A stretch of DNA of 64,000 nucleotides from Candidatus Rariloculaceae bacterium (lineage in GTDB: Bacteria > Pseudomonadota > Gammaproteobacteria > Steroidobacterales > Rariloculaceae), in contig JBJKYL010000017.1 in assembly GCA_045561055.1 (NCBI GenBank), positions 246,518 to 310,517 of the forward strand. The letters run 5' to 3'. Each line of letters opens with the position of its first letter. The stretch's first letter is position 1. The notes beneath the pieces are model-generated. The model worked only from the letters and a program-made list of their open reading frames with translations, had not been told where the DNA came from and searched no databases. Position numbers and translations under genes: made by a program. Positions 39,111-50,238 of the stretch are shown one piece after another.

Positions 39111-41756
39111 ATGATAAAAACAATTAATCGCCGGTTGGCCAGTGGGACAACGGTGGTTGTTGGTAGTGGGCTTGCAGCGAAGCAGCTTGAGTCGTACCTG
39201 GCGTTCGATTATCAGGCTGAACACTCGGCTGCGTGGATTGCTCCCTCAATTCTCACCTATCGCGCTTGGACAGCAGAATTGTGGAATGATGGGCTAGGGG
39301 GAGGGCGCCACGTTTTGACCGCAAGCCAATCTAGATCGCTGTGGCGACAAGTTATTGGGAATTCGACCGTAGGTGAGCGGCTCTTAGATATCGATAACGC
39401 AGGCCGCTGGGCCGCTGATGCCTGGGCGACACTGTGGAACTGGCAGATTGACCCCTCCAAATTACAGGCGGGACAGGAAAATATAGACTTCAGAAGTTTT
39501 CTCAGTTGGTCTCGCAGTTATCACGAAACACTAAAAAACAACGGTTGGGTTGATTCTCCATTAGTTACTATCGAGGCGATTCAAAGCGATAAACCTGGAA
39601 ATAGCAATAGTTTGATTTGGGCGGATATGCCTAATCTAACACCGGCCCAGCTAGCTCTCTATAAAAAGCTTCTGGGGAAGGGATATGCTATTGAGGCATG
39701 GCGACCGCCAAAATTGGCTAGTCGCAGTTTTCGGATAGCCTTGAGAGATCAGGAGACCGAATTAAGCGCAGCCTCCCAGTGGGCTGCGGAAACGCTAAAT
39801 AGCCAGCCTGAACAACGTCTCGCGCTTGTAATACCAGATCTCACCGCACGTAACGGAGAAGTCAACCGATTTCTTGAGGACACGCTGAATCCGGAGGGCG
39901 TATTGCTGGGGTCGACGTCGAAATCCTGCTTCTACAATCCGAATGGCGAGCCTCCGGGTCTCCAACCCGCAATCGGCGCCGCAATAACGGCGATTGAACT
40001 TTTTACAGCGCGTGGAGAGTTTCAAACGTTTAGTCGTTGGCTCAGAAGCCCGTATTTCAACAGAGACTCAAACGAATTATCTAGTCGAGCTCTTATAGAG
40101 GTTAGCCTTCGCCGTGATCTCAGTGCTCAGCTTCCTTTTAGAGCAGCCTTTTACGATGGTAATTTCGAAAAGGTGCTTCGGAAGATAGCCCCGGAAATTG
40201 CGACGATACTGTCGCTGTCGTTTCGTATAGTCGATTCGGTTCCTAGACAAGCGACACCCACTCGGTGGATTAGAGTTTGGCAGCAGATTCTTGCGCAGTT
40301 GAATTGGCAACCCGAAGCTCTAATAGGGACCGATAACGCACTCTCGGTTTGGGAAAATATACTAAATTCAATGGCATCGTTAACGCCTATTCTCGGCTCT
40401 ATTTCGCTAACTGATGCCCTTGATGAATTAGAGCGAATAGTCAAGATACCGATCCCCGGTGGACCTATTCCGCTAGCAGGACTGACGGTTCTGGAACGTG
40501 TCGAAGACGTAGGCCCAGGCTATGACAAGGTGTGGGTTACTGGAATGACTGACAATTATTGGCCGCGACCCTCATTATCAAATCCTTTGCTACCACTAAA
40601 GTTACAACGCGCACACAACATGCCAAATTCATCACCGCGTAAAACATTCGAGCTATTCGACCGCATTACACAGAGAATCATTGATCGGGTTCCAGAAATC
40701 GTTTTTAGTTGGCCCTGCGGGAACGTTGAGCATCAAAACGAACCAAGTCCACTACTCGAAAATATCGTTGATACAACTCTTGACAAACTTGTAAGCAAAG
40801 GGACACCTCGGATCGTTTTTGGGTTCGCCAGAAAAGCTAAATGCGAAACGATTGAAGATAGAGCTCCGAGTCTCGAAAGTGAGAAAATTTCGGGCGGCAC
40901 TAATACCCTTGCTCTTCAGGCGAAGTGCCCTCTGCGCGCGTTTATAGAACGGCGACTCAACGCCCAGCCGCTGGAGAATTTAACTCGAGGGCTCGGTTTT
41001 AGACTTCGCGGTATCGCAACCCATCGGGCACTGGAACTTTTTCTGAGCAAACTACCTACCCAACGAGAGCTTGAGAAATGTCCGTCGGACGACCAGAAAA
41101 AATGGACTCAGGACTGCGTTAAACAGGCTTTAGAAGAATCTTTTGGGTCGGTTCGGTTGTTGCTTCCGAATATTTATAGCCTTGAATACGAACGGCTACT
41201 TCGAGTTACAACGTCGTTACTAGAAAATGATATCAAAAGGGACGAATTTAGCGTTGTTGCAGTTGAAAAGCAGCAGAATGTTTCGATAAAAGGTTATCAA
41301 CTCGTTTGCCGTGTCGATCGTATAGATTCTCTAGCGAGTGGTGGCCTAGCTGTCATCGACTATAAGACAGGAAGCAATATTAGGACCACTGATTGGCTTA
41401 AGTCACGTCTGTTTGATGCGCAGTTACCGCTGTACGCACAAACCCTTGAGAACACGGTAAACGCAATCGCGATCGGAGCAGTTGACGCTACTGGAATTCA
41501 ATATCGCGGTATCTGGGAACCCAAAGGACAATTTCCTGGTAGAAACGTGAAGCTACCCGTTGGACGCGAGTGGCGTAAACAGCTCCAGGTATGGCGGGAA
41601 CAAATCGAAACTCTTGTAACTGAATTCGTCGAGGGTGATACACGAATTTTTTCGGATGACCTCGATATTGCTAGAGGCGCTTTTGCTCCTCTCACGAGGG
41701 TTATCGAACAATCTACCTTAGCGGAACTCAGCTTCCTTTCGCAGGATATAAAATGA
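39111..41756 (+). CDS. AddB-like inactive helicase with PD-(D/E)XK nuclease
   Basis: CPLRAF, RVDRID..VIDYKTG, QLPLY; coupled to the UvrD-type gene. Confidence 0.85.
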   Translation: MIKTINRRLASGTTVVVGSGLAAKQLESYLAFDYQAEHSAAWIAPSILTYRAWTAELWNDGLGGGRHVLTASQSRSLWRQVIGNSTVGERLLDIDNAGRWAADAWATLWNWQIDPSKLQAGQENIDFRSFLSWSRSYHETLKNNGWVDSPLVTIEAIQSDKPGNSNSLIWADMPNLTPAQLALYKKLLGKGYAIEAWRPPKLASRSFRIALRDQETELSAASQWAAETLNSQPEQRLALVIPDLTARNGEVNRFLEDTLNPEGVLLGSTSKSCFYNPNGEPPGLQPAIGAAITAIELFTARGEFQTFSRWLRSPYFNRDSNELSSRALIEVSLRRDLSAQLPFRAAFYDGNFEKVLRKIAPEIATILSLSFRIVDSVPRQATPTRWIRVWQQILAQLNWQPEALIGTDNALSVWENILNSMASLTPILGSISLTDALDELERIVKIPIPGGPIPLAGLTVLERVEDVGPGYDKVWVTGMTDNYWPRPSLSNPLLPLKLQRAHNMPNSSPRKTFELFDRITQRIIDRVPEIVFSWPCGNVEHQNEPSPLLENIVDTTLDKLVSKGTPRIVFGFARKAKCETIEDRAPSLESEKISGGTNTLALQAKCPLRAFIERRLNAQPLENLTRGLGFRLRGIATHRALELFLSKLPTQRELEKCPSDDQKKWTQDCVKQALEESFGSVRLLLPNIYSLEYERLLRVTTSLLENDIKRDEFSVVAVEKQQNVSIKGYQLVCRVDRIDSLASGGLAVIDYKTGSNIRTTDWLKSRLFDAQLPLYAQTLENTVNAIAIGAVDATGIQYRGIWEPKGQFPGRNVKLPVGREWRKQLQVWREQIETLVTEFVEGDTRIFSDDLDIARGAFAPLTRVIEQSTLAELSFLSQDIK

Positions 41757-44700
41757 ACGATCAGTCCGACCGAGAAACGGCGCTTGCAACGGATAGGTCC
41801 TTCATCGTTCAGGCGCCCGCAGGCTCTGGAAAAACTGAGCTATTAATTCAACGATTTCTATCATTGCTAACGACAGTAGAAGAACCTGAGCAAATTGTCG
41901 CGATCACCTTTACTCGTAAGGCTGCGGCAGAGATGCGAGCACGTGTTTGTCGAGCGCTACGTGACGCTGTGACCCAATTGCCAGTCAAAAAGCCCCATGA
42001 GATAAAAACTCGAGAGCTAGCAAAGATTGCTCTACAGCATTCGCAACAGCTCGGGTGGAATCTGATAAAACAACCACAGAGACTTAGAATCAATACGGTG
42101 GATTCGTTAAACGCGTGGCTGGCGCAACGATTGCCGGTACTGTCTGGCGGCGTCTACGGCGCGACAGTCTCGGAAAACGCCGAAAGTAATTACTTAGAAG
42201 CAACGCGTCGTGTGCTCAATAAACTTAGCAACGTTAGCGAACTTCGCGAGTCCTTGAAATCTTTATTGAAAACTATTGATAGCCGTGTTGACAGACTGGA
42301 GAAACTGCTGGCAGAGCTTTTGTCTCGTAGGGAGCAATGGGGGGCTTATCTAGGCACGGCGAACAGCGACCAACTGGCGGATACAATTAGACGTTCGTTA
42401 GAAAACTTGGTAACGGACCAGCTCGAACAGCTAGCGAGAGCTTTACCTGAAGCATGCACATCCGAAATAGTTGCTTTGTTTCAATACGCAGCAGAGAATT
42501 CAACAGACACGACTTTCAATAAAGCTATCTCTAACTGGGACATTGACAGTAAAGGTATACCAACGACCTTCGACTATCTAACGTGTTGGCAGGCGTTAGC
42601 AAATCTATTATTAACAAAAAAACAAAAATGGCGAACGCGGCTACCCGCTAATCTTGGGTTCGGTAAAGAGGCTGACGAAGCGAAGGCTCGTCTTGTATCC
42701 CTTATTGAGAAACTTAAGCCGGAAAAGGAGCTGCTTTATCTGTTGCATGACATACGCTCACTTCCTTCTCCTCACTACGAAGAAAAACAATGGCAGATAT
42801 TGTCCGATCTGCGCATCGTACTACACTATCTGAGAGCTGAACTGCGTATTGTGTTCGCTGAACGTAACGAAATAGACTTTGTGGAGTTAGCACTTGCTGC
42901 TAGGAGCGCCCTCGGTGCAGCTGATGCGCCTTCGGAATTGCTCCTAGCTTTGGACTACCGAATCCAACACATTTTAATCGACGAATTTCAAGACACCTCA
43001 CGTATGCAGATGGAGCTACTGGAACTCCTAACAGCCGGTTGGGAGTCTCATGATGGGCGGACAGTGTTCTTGGTTGGTGATCCGATGCAGTCAATTTATC
43101 GGTTTCGTGATTCTGATATGTCATTGTTTATAAAGACAAAAGATTCGGGAATCGGCGATATTTCACTAGAATCATTAACTCTCACAAGAAACTTTCGGAG
43201 CGCACCAGCGATTATCGACTGGGTGAACAAAACCTTCCCGGATATCTTTCCGGCAAAGGATGATATTGCAAATGCCGCTGCGCGCTTTTATAGCTGTGAA
43301 CCCGTCATCGATTCATCACCCGATTCTAGTGTCGAATTTCATGCGTTACGAAGCGATGAATCTCAAGTAGAAATCGACAAAGTAATCGAGCTTCTAATCA
43401 AAGAAAGGCAATATTATCCAAATGATTCGGTTGCCGTTCTCGTACAGAGCCGCAGTCACTTAGCCGGGCTTCAGGAGCAACTCCGGGTAAGGGGGTTTAA
43501 GGTCCAAGCCGTAGAACTTGATCCTCCAAATAAGCATCAGATCACTCAAGACCTGCTCGGTTTAACACGAGCCCTAACACATCTCGGGGATAAAATTGCG
43601 TGGCTGAGTTTATTGAGAGCACCTTGGTGCGGTATGACTTGGTCAGACCTTCACGGTCTCGTCGATGGTAAAAATGACTGTACGGTTTGGGCGCTCATGA
43701 ATGATCCTAATAGAGTAAAGCGCTTAAGCGATGATGGTCGCGTAAGGCTGACGCATTGCCAAAAGACATTAAAAATAGCTTTCGAGTGCCGCAGTGAACA
43801 GCCACTAGCTCGCTGGATTGAACGAATATGGATTACGTTAGGTGGAGCAGCTTGTCTTAGCTCTACAAACGAGTTTACGCATGTGGAGAAATTCTTTTCA
43901 TCACTCAGAAAAATCGAGAAATATGGTGATCTAGACGACCCATCTGTACTAGAGGTGTTTTTTTCAGAGCCCCATAGGCAGGCAGAGATACCACTAGAAT
44001 CTGGCATTCAAATCATGACGATCCACCGGGCCAAGGGTTTGGAGTTCGACTCAGTGATCTTATTTGGCCTTGGACGTGTACCACGGTCTGAGGAACCCAA
44101 AGGACTGTATTGGCTCGAACGAACAACGCGTAATGGGCAGCAGGACCTTCTGATTGCTCCACTTACGACGACGATAGATGATGCAGATCTTTTGACAGAA
44201 TATTTAAAGACTGTTGAAAAGCGTCGAGAGAATGCTGAACGAGCACGCCTTTTATATGTTGCAACAACAAGAGCAAAATTTCGTTTAAACCTTGTTGGAC
44301 GACTCGGACTCGATGCGGCACAACCTGTCCGTCGTAGCTTGTTGAGATTATTATGGCCAGGGGTTGAAGATTATTTTAATAGCATAGAAGTGAAAAAAAA
44401 TGTCGCCGCGAGGATTGGAGATATTCAACCTCGGTTACGACGACTGCCGGAGACGTTCAATCTAACCAAGGTATCGTGTGGATCCGAGTTTACTAAACAA
44501 AATGTAAAATCCATATCGCGACCGACGTTTGAGTGGGCTGGCCGGAGTGCATTACAAATTGGGACGGTTGTTCATAGCGCCTTGCAAACTTTCGCCGAAG
44601 AAAAAGTTGAAACGTGGGCTAGCGAACGTGTCCGGATGGAGAAGGTCTACTTTCGTGAGCAGTTACGATTGCTAGGTGTTGATGAACAAGGGTTGTCTGA

Positions 44701-45073
44701 AGCTGCTCAACGTGTCATAGAAGCGCTGTGTCGTGTTCTCACCGACGAGACCGGTCGCTGGCTACTGGATGACCATGCCGAAGCTGAATCGGAACTCCGT
44801 CTGACTCTTCAATCAAATAGCGGTCTGGAGCACGTGCAGCTTGACCGAACATTCGTGGATAAAGACGGTACACGCTGGATAATCGACTTTAAGACAAGCT
44901 CTCATGAAGGGGGCTCTACCGAGGAGTTTCTGGATTCCGAAGTCGAGCGCTATCGCTCACAGCTTGAAAGGTATGCCGGGGCTATGGCCGCGATTGATGC
45001 TCGCCCCATAAAACTTGGCCTCTATTTTCCATTATTGCAGGCCTTTCGCACTTGGACTCCTAGTTTTAACTAG
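41753..45073 (+). CDS. AddA-like UvrD helicase-nuclease
   Basis: QAPAGSGKT, TFTRKAAAEM, DEFQDTS, VGDPMQSIYRFR, TIHRAKGLEFD, YVATTRA, IIDFKT. Confidence 0.92.
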   Translation: MNDQSDRETALATDRSFIVQAPAGSGKTELLIQRFLSLLTTVEEPEQIVAITFTRKAAAEMRARVCRALRDAVTQLPVKKPHEIKTRELAKIALQHSQQLGWNLIKQPQRLRINTVDSLNAWLAQRLPVLSGGVYGATVSENAESNYLEATRRVLNKLSNVSELRESLKSLLKTIDSRVDRLEKLLAELLSRREQWGAYLGTANSDQLADTIRRSLENLVTDQLEQLARALPEACTSEIVALFQYAAENSTDTTFNKAISNWDIDSKGIPTTFDYLTCWQALANLLLTKKQKWRTRLPANLGFGKEADEAKARLVSLIEKLKPEKELLYLLHDIRSLPSPHYEEKQWQILSDLRIVLHYLRAELRIVFAERNEIDFVELALAARSALGAADAPSELLLALDYRIQHILIDEFQDTSRMQMELLELLTAGWESHDGRTVFLVGDPMQSIYRFRDSDMSLFIKTKDSGIGDISLESLTLTRNFRSAPAIIDWVNKTFPDIFPAKDDIANAAARFYSCEPVIDSSPDSSVEFHALRSDESQVEIDKVIELLIKERQYYPNDSVAVLVQSRSHLAGLQEQLRVRGFKVQAVELDPPNKHQITQDLLGLTRALTHLGDKIAWLSLLRAPWCGMTWSDLHGLVDGKNDCTVWALMNDPNRVKRLSDDGRVRLTHCQKTLKIAFECRSEQPLARWIERIWITLGGAACLSSTNEFTHVEKFFSSLRKIEKYGDLDDPSVLEVFFSEPHRQAEIPLESGIQIMTIHRAKGLEFDSVILFGLGRVPRSEEPKGLYWLERTTRNGQQDLLIAPLTTTIDDADLLTEYLKTVEKRRENAERARLLYVATTRAKFRLNLVGRLGLDAAQPVRRSLLRLLWPGVEDYFNSIEVKKNVAARIGDIQPRLRRLPETFNLTKVSCGSEFTKQNVKSISRPTFEWAGRSALQIGTVVHSALQTFAEEKVETWASERVRMEKVYFREQLRLLGVDEQGLSEAAQRVIEALCRVLTDETGRWLLDDHAEAESELRLTLQSNSGLEHVQLDRTFVDKDGTRWIIDFKTSSHEGGSTEEFLDSEVERYRSQLERYAGAMAAIDARPIKLGLYFPLLQAFRTWTPSFN

Positions 45074-46179
45074 GGGAAACTAGACAGTAACCCATTGAGC
45101 AAGTTTTCTCTGTCTGACAGTGGTGCGACGATTAGGTATTCGAAGAGATTGAAGAGCTGCTGAAGATGCGGACGACGTTCGTCACTCGGAAAAGTAGAGG
45201 AAGTAGTAACAATAACTAGATCGAGGTCGGGGACGAGAATAATGAACTGCCCACCGTAACCCCATGCATACGGTGTCACATAGCCAGCCATCTCCCGTAG
45301 CCACCAACCATAGCCATAATAACGGCCACTCTCTCGCGTCGAAATCGCACGCGCTTGTAGTGATTCCTTTACCCATATTGCGGGAATAATCTGTCTGTCG
45401 TCTAGCATTCCGTCGTTCATATAAAGCTTCCCGAAGGCCAACAGCTGTCGTGCGGTAAACTCCATATCATTACCGCCGAAAAAGATGCCTGTCGGGTCTT
45501 GCGGCCATTCTGGTAGATAAAAACCGAGCGGCTCTCCAAGGACCTCCCGAGCATAGGCCAGTGTAGTGCTATCAGTTGCGATTGTAAGTATTGCGGAAAG
45601 TAGGTGCGTATTTCCTGTGCTGTATTCCATAAGAGTGCCAGGAGGTCGTTCTAGCCGCTGATTGAGTGCAAAACCGATCCAGTCGCGACTCTGCACCCAT
45701 TTGCCGTAATTCCGGTTACTAGTGGTTTCCAAACCAGATTGCATAGTCAATAAATTTTCGACAGTAATACCGCGCTTAACGTGGTTCGTTTCTCCTTGGA
45801 GCTGGGATTTGAAGTAATCGCCAATAGGTTGGTCGACGCTTTTTATATGTCCTTCGCTTATGGCTATCCCGATTAGCGCCGACAGCACACTTTTTGAGGC
45901 TGATTTTATATTCGCGACGCTCGCAGCATCTCGGCCATTGAAATATTCTTCCACGAGTAATTGCCCATCACGGCTAATGAGAAGACTATGAAGACGGGGT
46001 AGGGTGCTGGCCATTTTAACTGCTCGATCAAGTTTCGAGGTATCAGCAACAGAAGAACTTATCGGTTCTTGTGCGATGGCACCACCAAACGAGGGTACTA
46101 TGCTCAGGCCAAGTAACATAGCTCCTAGAGAACTCGGTAGTCGAAGCTTTTTTTGAAAAATTGTAGGCCCTTTAGTCAT
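45070..46179 (-). CDS. Serine hydrolase, beta-lactamase class C-like family
   Basis: SASK (SxxK), LLTMQSG, YSTGN, GYGGQ. Confidence 0.88.
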   Translation of the reverse strand: MTKGPTIFQKKLRLPSSLGAMLLGLSIVPSFGGAIAQEPISSSVADTSKLDRAVKMASTLPRLHSLLISRDGQLLVEEYFNGRDAASVANIKSASKSVLSALIGIAISEGHIKSVDQPIGDYFKSQLQGETNHVKRGITVENLLTMQSGLETTSNRNYGKWVQSRDWIGFALNQRLERPPGTLMEYSTGNTHLLSAILTIATDSTTLAYAREVLGEPLGFYLPEWPQDPTGIFFGGNDMEFTARQLLAFGKLYMNDGMLDDRQIIPAIWVKESLQARAISTRESGRYYGYGWWLREMAGYVTPYAWGYGGQFIILVPDLDLVIVTTSSTFPSDERRPHLQQLFNLFEYLIVAPLSDRENLLNGLLSSFP

Positions 46180-46229
46180 TGTTATTCCTAACTGATCAGC
46201 GCAAAGGCATAATAGATTGATATATGTTT

Positions 46230-46991
46230 TTACAGGCTACCATTCAACGAAAACTCTCGCTGGCCCGAGGCATCGGGCGGAGAAGTCATTAAATCTAATC
46301 CTTGACTTAACTCTATCGACGCGTTTTCTCGGGCACGCACGTTACCTTCGATGACGTATCCCCGTTTATCGGTTAGCCGCAGGATCCCTAATACCTCTAG
46401 AGGGCCACTTTCGTCCTCAAATCGACCGACTACCATAGAGTTCGGTGAAGGAGAGAACTGAATGACGTAATTACCCAGACCAATAAGTCTCCCAGCCAAT
46501 CCAGGTATCAGGGGTGGAACAGCAAGTTCCCCAAGGCGAACTTCACCGATTATCGTAGCGGGCCAGTTGTAGTCTGATTCAAATGTAATGAGGTTTAAGC
46601 TCAGAGCCCCCTCCATACCGCCCAGCGGTAGCGTGTTTTGTAAGCTTTCTAAGCTTGTACTGGCACGTAAATTACGGAATGTCACATTACCCAAGGTGGC
46701 ATCAAAGTTGGTACTCAAGAGGCCGTCAGCTAATCGAGCTTGAATATCGCCACCGACCCGACCTAGCGGTAGGGCCCATGGCCTCAATCGCCATTGAATT
46801 TCATGCAGCCCGATAGTGCCAATGGAGCCAAATGAAGCGCTACCTGACCACAATGTTCCCTGAATTCCTGCGAGGCGTAGGTTTTCCGGAGCAAATAACC
46901 GATAGGCTGTGCTTGCCGGAAACAGATTAAGTAAAAACATTAGATAAGCGAAGATGCCCAGAGCTATCCAGTAGTATTTTCTAGTAATCAT
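46230..46991 (-). CDS. gspN: T2SS protein N
   Basis: N-terminal TM, PAS, GTLWSG; last gene of gsp operon. Confidence 0.85.
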   Translation of the reverse strand: MITRKYYWIALGIFAYLMFLLNLFPASTAYRLFAPENLRLAGIQGTLWSGSASFGSIGTIGLHEIQWRLRPWALPLGRVGGDIQARLADGLLSTNFDATLGNVTFRNLRASTSLESLQNTLPLGGMEGALSLNLITFESDYNWPATIIGEVRLGELAVPPLIPGLAGRLIGLGNYVIQFSPSPNSMVVGRFEDESGPLEVLGILRLTDKRGYVIEGNVRARENASIELSQGLDLMTSPPDASGQREFSLNGSL

Positions 46992-46992
46992 A

Positions 46993-47469
46993 TTAAGATC
47001 GACGTAAAACTAGTGTTGCGGCGACTAAACCCGTCTGCCGTTCGCTATCGAAATTTGCTGACTCAACGCTGACCCCGTGACTCTGGTGTAGGACGATTAA
47101 CCATTCTACGAGGGAATCAAATGAGGCCTGTTGGAACGTCACTCGAATTCCATCCGGTCCGTCGGGTTGATTTCGTTGTAGCCGGCTTGTTAAGCCATGC
47201 TCTCTTAGGGTCTGGTCGACGATTAGGATTAGTGATGCCGTCGCGGTCTCTGCCGGAGCCTGTGTGGGTTGATCCCCTGCTAACGTCTGTGCCTGATGCA
47301 ACGAAGCAGTAAACCGTTGTTTCTCTAAAACCGTATCACGTAGCTCGCTTATTCCCGTAGTTAATGGCACCCACACAAACACCCAGAGGATAATGAGTCC
47401 GCCTAGGAGAGAGCCCACAGAGAGCACGAGTTGCTCCCGTTGCTGTAAATGGTTGAACCAAGATTTCAC
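46993..47469 (-). CDS. gspM: T2SS protein M
   Basis: WF..LQQREQ, TM, FDSLVEWL..L. Confidence 0.88.
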   Translation of the reverse strand: MKSWFNHLQQREQLVLSVGSLLGGLIILWVFVWVPLTTGISELRDTVLEKQRFTASLHQAQTLAGDQPTQAPAETATASLILIVDQTLREHGLTSRLQRNQPDGPDGIRVTFQQASFDSLVEWLIVLHQSHGVSVESANFDSERQTGLVAATLVLRRS

Positions 47470-48704
47470 CGAGCTATGTCCAGTATTTGGATACGCCCTT
47501 CGACGCCATTCTCTCCCGGGTTTGCGGATAAGATATTCACCTGAAATTTTCCATCGTTGGCCATTTTTATTGCAAAATTATCAAGCGTTGCTATATCTGG
47601 CGAGATAAAACGAAGATCTGTCATGTTATTACGAAAACTGATTGCTTCGATTTGGTTTGCAGAATTATGAACCTCCGCGAGAACGGAAAGCGTAGAAAGA
47701 AAGATCGGTACGGGTAAACCTTCTGTTGATGCCCCTGTAACGGACAGAAGTTGTTGAATCTCGCTTCGGCATGCTGCTGGAGTTGATGTCTGAAAAATAC
47801 TTTGACAGCCTATTTCTAGTGATGAGTTTAAAGCAGCATCTTCCTGACTAAGCAGGTAATAGCGGATGGCTTCTGTACTAGTTGCGATAGTACCGAACCC
47901 CAACAACAACAGAGCCGCAAAACGCCACGGTTTAAACAATTCGCTCCAGTATGAGTTGGTTCTGTAAGAGCCTTGAAGAAGATTAGTTCCCGGTGAGTTG
48001 ACTAAATTAGCACCAAATTTACTTAATGGACCTTCCGGTAGTAGCTGAATCTCTATGCTTGAGAAGCGATCCCGTAAGCTATCTATTTCCGGTTCCCGAT
48101 GAGCGTAGCTATTTTCGTCAGAGTAAATAACTATATGCCGTAGTTCTCCCTCGTTTGGCTTTTGGAAGGAAATAATATCGAAAACCTCATTGAGATTGAT
48201 ACCGTCAAGCACGAATGGCGGCCGATTGGGTGGCCGACAATAGATACGTTCATTTTCGATCATAAGTGTTAAATTACCTGGTATGCCTGGAACACCCTCC
48301 GTATCGGCATAAATCAAGTTGACAGGGAGATTCACTTCTTCACAACGAGAAAGCCAGTCGTCGAGTTTCTTCCTCGCAACTATGGCTACGGGGATTTCGC
48401 CCTCTGTATTACGTTCGCCGGAGCAAATTAGGACGCTTTCTATATCATTAACAATTAGATCTTCGACAGTATAGGGGAGGATTTTTTTTAATCTTGTCTG
48501 AGATTTAACCGGAACATTAACGGTTGTGTTAACTATATCAAGGCCATCTACAAGCAAGATAACCTGACGGCCAACCGCGTCCGCCACTGCATTTTGGAGG
48601 GGGCCGCACGCAGCCTGAGATACTCGATTACCGGTCTCGTCGAGGATAATCCAGGTTGGCTCGGAAGTATCTTCCTTTAATCTGACGACAAGATATTCAG
48701 ACAC
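47466..48704 (-). CDS. gspL: T2SS protein L
   Basis: LPY.VED, NLLQGSY, TM helix; position. Confidence 0.88.
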   Translation of the reverse strand: MSEYLVVRLKEDTSEPTWIILDETGNRVSQAACGPLQNAVADAVGRQVILLVDGLDIVNTTVNVPVKSQTRLKKILPYTVEDLIVNDIESVLICSGERNTEGEIPVAIVARKKLDDWLSRCEEVNLPVNLIYADTEGVPGIPGNLTLMIENERIYCRPPNRPPFVLDGINLNEVFDIISFQKPNEGELRHIVIYSDENSYAHREPEIDSLRDRFSSIEIQLLPEGPLSKFGANLVNSPGTNLLQGSYRTNSYWSELFKPWRFAALLLLGFGTIATSTEAIRYYLLSQEDAALNSSLEIGCQSIFQTSTPAACRSEIQQLLSVTGASTEGLPVPIFLSTLSVLAEVHNSANQIEAISFRNNMTDLRFISPDIATLDNFAIKMANDGKFQVNILSANPGENGVEGRIQILDIAR

Positions 48705-48706
48705 CC

Positions 48707-49636
48707 CTATAACGCTCCGAAGCTCCTGAAAATTGCACGGACAATACCACTGTTATCGCGTTGTAGCACAGAGTACATGGTGAATTGATTAGTGCCAATA
48801 GCAACACTTGCGCTAAGCATAAAGTATTGGCTAACCCCATTGATACGTGTCAATGTTATTGGATCAACATCTCCTTCAAAACTTGCATTGATATCGGAGA
48901 AATTAGCGCCGGCTCGTTCTTCTATGAGGCTGGTGCTTCTCAATAGGTCTATTTCGTCGGATAGCGACGCAAGAAGATGATTTGATGCCGTATTGACATT
49001 CAACGTTGTACCCGACGGAAGAGCAGTAATATAGGGCAAAAGCAACCTGTAGGAGGCGAAGTCAACGCCATCCATGGCAAGAAGCTCACTTGGGCTTGTG
49101 ATAACTGTATTCGAAGTGCGGTAGGGTGGGTCAAGGCGGGCGTACGTATCGTCTTCAGCACCAAAAGGAAACGCGGATTGGCTATCGGAATCGAGCCAGT
49201 CCAGTGCGACGCGGGCAATTCTAGGGTCGAGCTCTAATGATTCAAGTAGGCGCTCGAACTGACGCATAGCAACCTGATCCTCATTTCCCTGTTGCGTCAC
49301 GAGGTTATTTAGATTGAAACGCCCTTGTAAATCCTCGATTCGCCCGCTAATAACGCCCCCATCGACCGGTAGAGGCGGTAGCTCGGTTGCCCAAATCTCC
49401 CTGAGATGATCGCTCTCAGCGGAAGCTAATTTGTCTTGACGCAAGATATCACCGGCCCAAGCTTCAGCTCCATGCAAATAAAATAATCCCTGATCTGCCG
49501 CGAGAGTCGATGTCGCTCGACGTAAATCGAGGCTTACATACCACATGAGATTTACCGCGATAATCGTTCCTAAAGTTACAACGAGCATCGCGCTTAGGAC
49601 CGCGACACCGCGCTGGTAGGGATAGAGATTGCTCAT
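48707..49636 (-). CDS. gspK: T2SS minor pseudopilin K
   Basis: QRGVAVL, DHL.E.WA, DLQGRFNLNNL, NVNTA. Confidence 0.92.
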   Translation of the reverse strand: MSNLYPYQRGVAVLSAMLVVTLGTIIAVNLMWYVSLDLRRATSTLAADQGLFYLHGAEAWAGDILRQDKLASAESDHLREIWATELPPLPVDGGVISGRIEDLQGRFNLNNLVTQQGNEDQVAMRQFERLLESLELDPRIARVALDWLDSDSQSAFPFGAEDDTYARLDPPYRTSNTVITSPSELLAMDGVDFASYRLLLPYITALPSGTTLNVNTASNHLLASLSDEIDLLRSTSLIEERAGANFSDINASFEGDVDPITLTRINGVSQYFMLSASVAIGTNQFTMYSVLQRDNSGIVRAIFRSFGAL

Positions 49637-50238
49637 CAGCTAGTTTCCACCGATCGCCAGATCCAGCCGAAGTCCTCAAGGTTGATGCGAAATTCGACAG
49701 CGCGCGGACGCGCGATGAGTGCGTCCATGCCGCTCATCGTCGCTGGTGGCCATTCGAGATGAGCCTCTCCATTGATGTCTATTAGCCTTACGCTGATTTC
49801 CTCAACGCCGGTCAAGAGTACCGTACGAATTGGCGGAGTCACAGCCGTTCTATCCATAACGCTCCAGTTAAACCGAATAAGCGTATTGTCTTCGGCGTCA
49901 TACGCAACACGAAGTACAGATCCCCGCGGTAACACCGCGGGGTTTGCCCAACCACCACGAGTAAATTCAAGGGCATAAGTATTCGGATTTGCATTTACGC
50001 TCCCGATCCATGCCTCACCGAACTCTTCACGTGTTGGTCTAGGATGGATCTGAGCTAGATCCTGGCTAATTACTCGCATAGCGAACTGAATCTCACGCCA
50101 GCGGCCCGAGCGTTCTTGGGCAATAGACTGTTGCTGAATCACGGTAGAAAGCCCGGTCAAGGCCATTATGCCGATTACCGCAACTATGGCCATAGCGACA
50201 AGGAGTTCGACCAGAGTAAACCCAAGATCTTGCTTCAT
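49636..50238 (-). CDS. gspJ: T2SS minor pseudopilin J
   Basis: GFTLVELLVAMAI, DL.Q...RP.R, FTRGGWANP. Confidence 0.92.
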   Translation of the reverse strand: MKQDLGFTLVELLVAMAIVAVIGIMALTGLSTVIQQQSIAQERSGRWREIQFAMRVISQDLAQIHPRPTREEFGEAWIGSVNANPNTYALEFTRGGWANPAVLPRGSVLRVAYDAEDNTLIRFNWSVMDRTAVTPPIRTVLLTGVEEISVRLIDINGEAHLEWPPATMSGMDALIARPRAVEFRINLEDFGWIWRSVETS

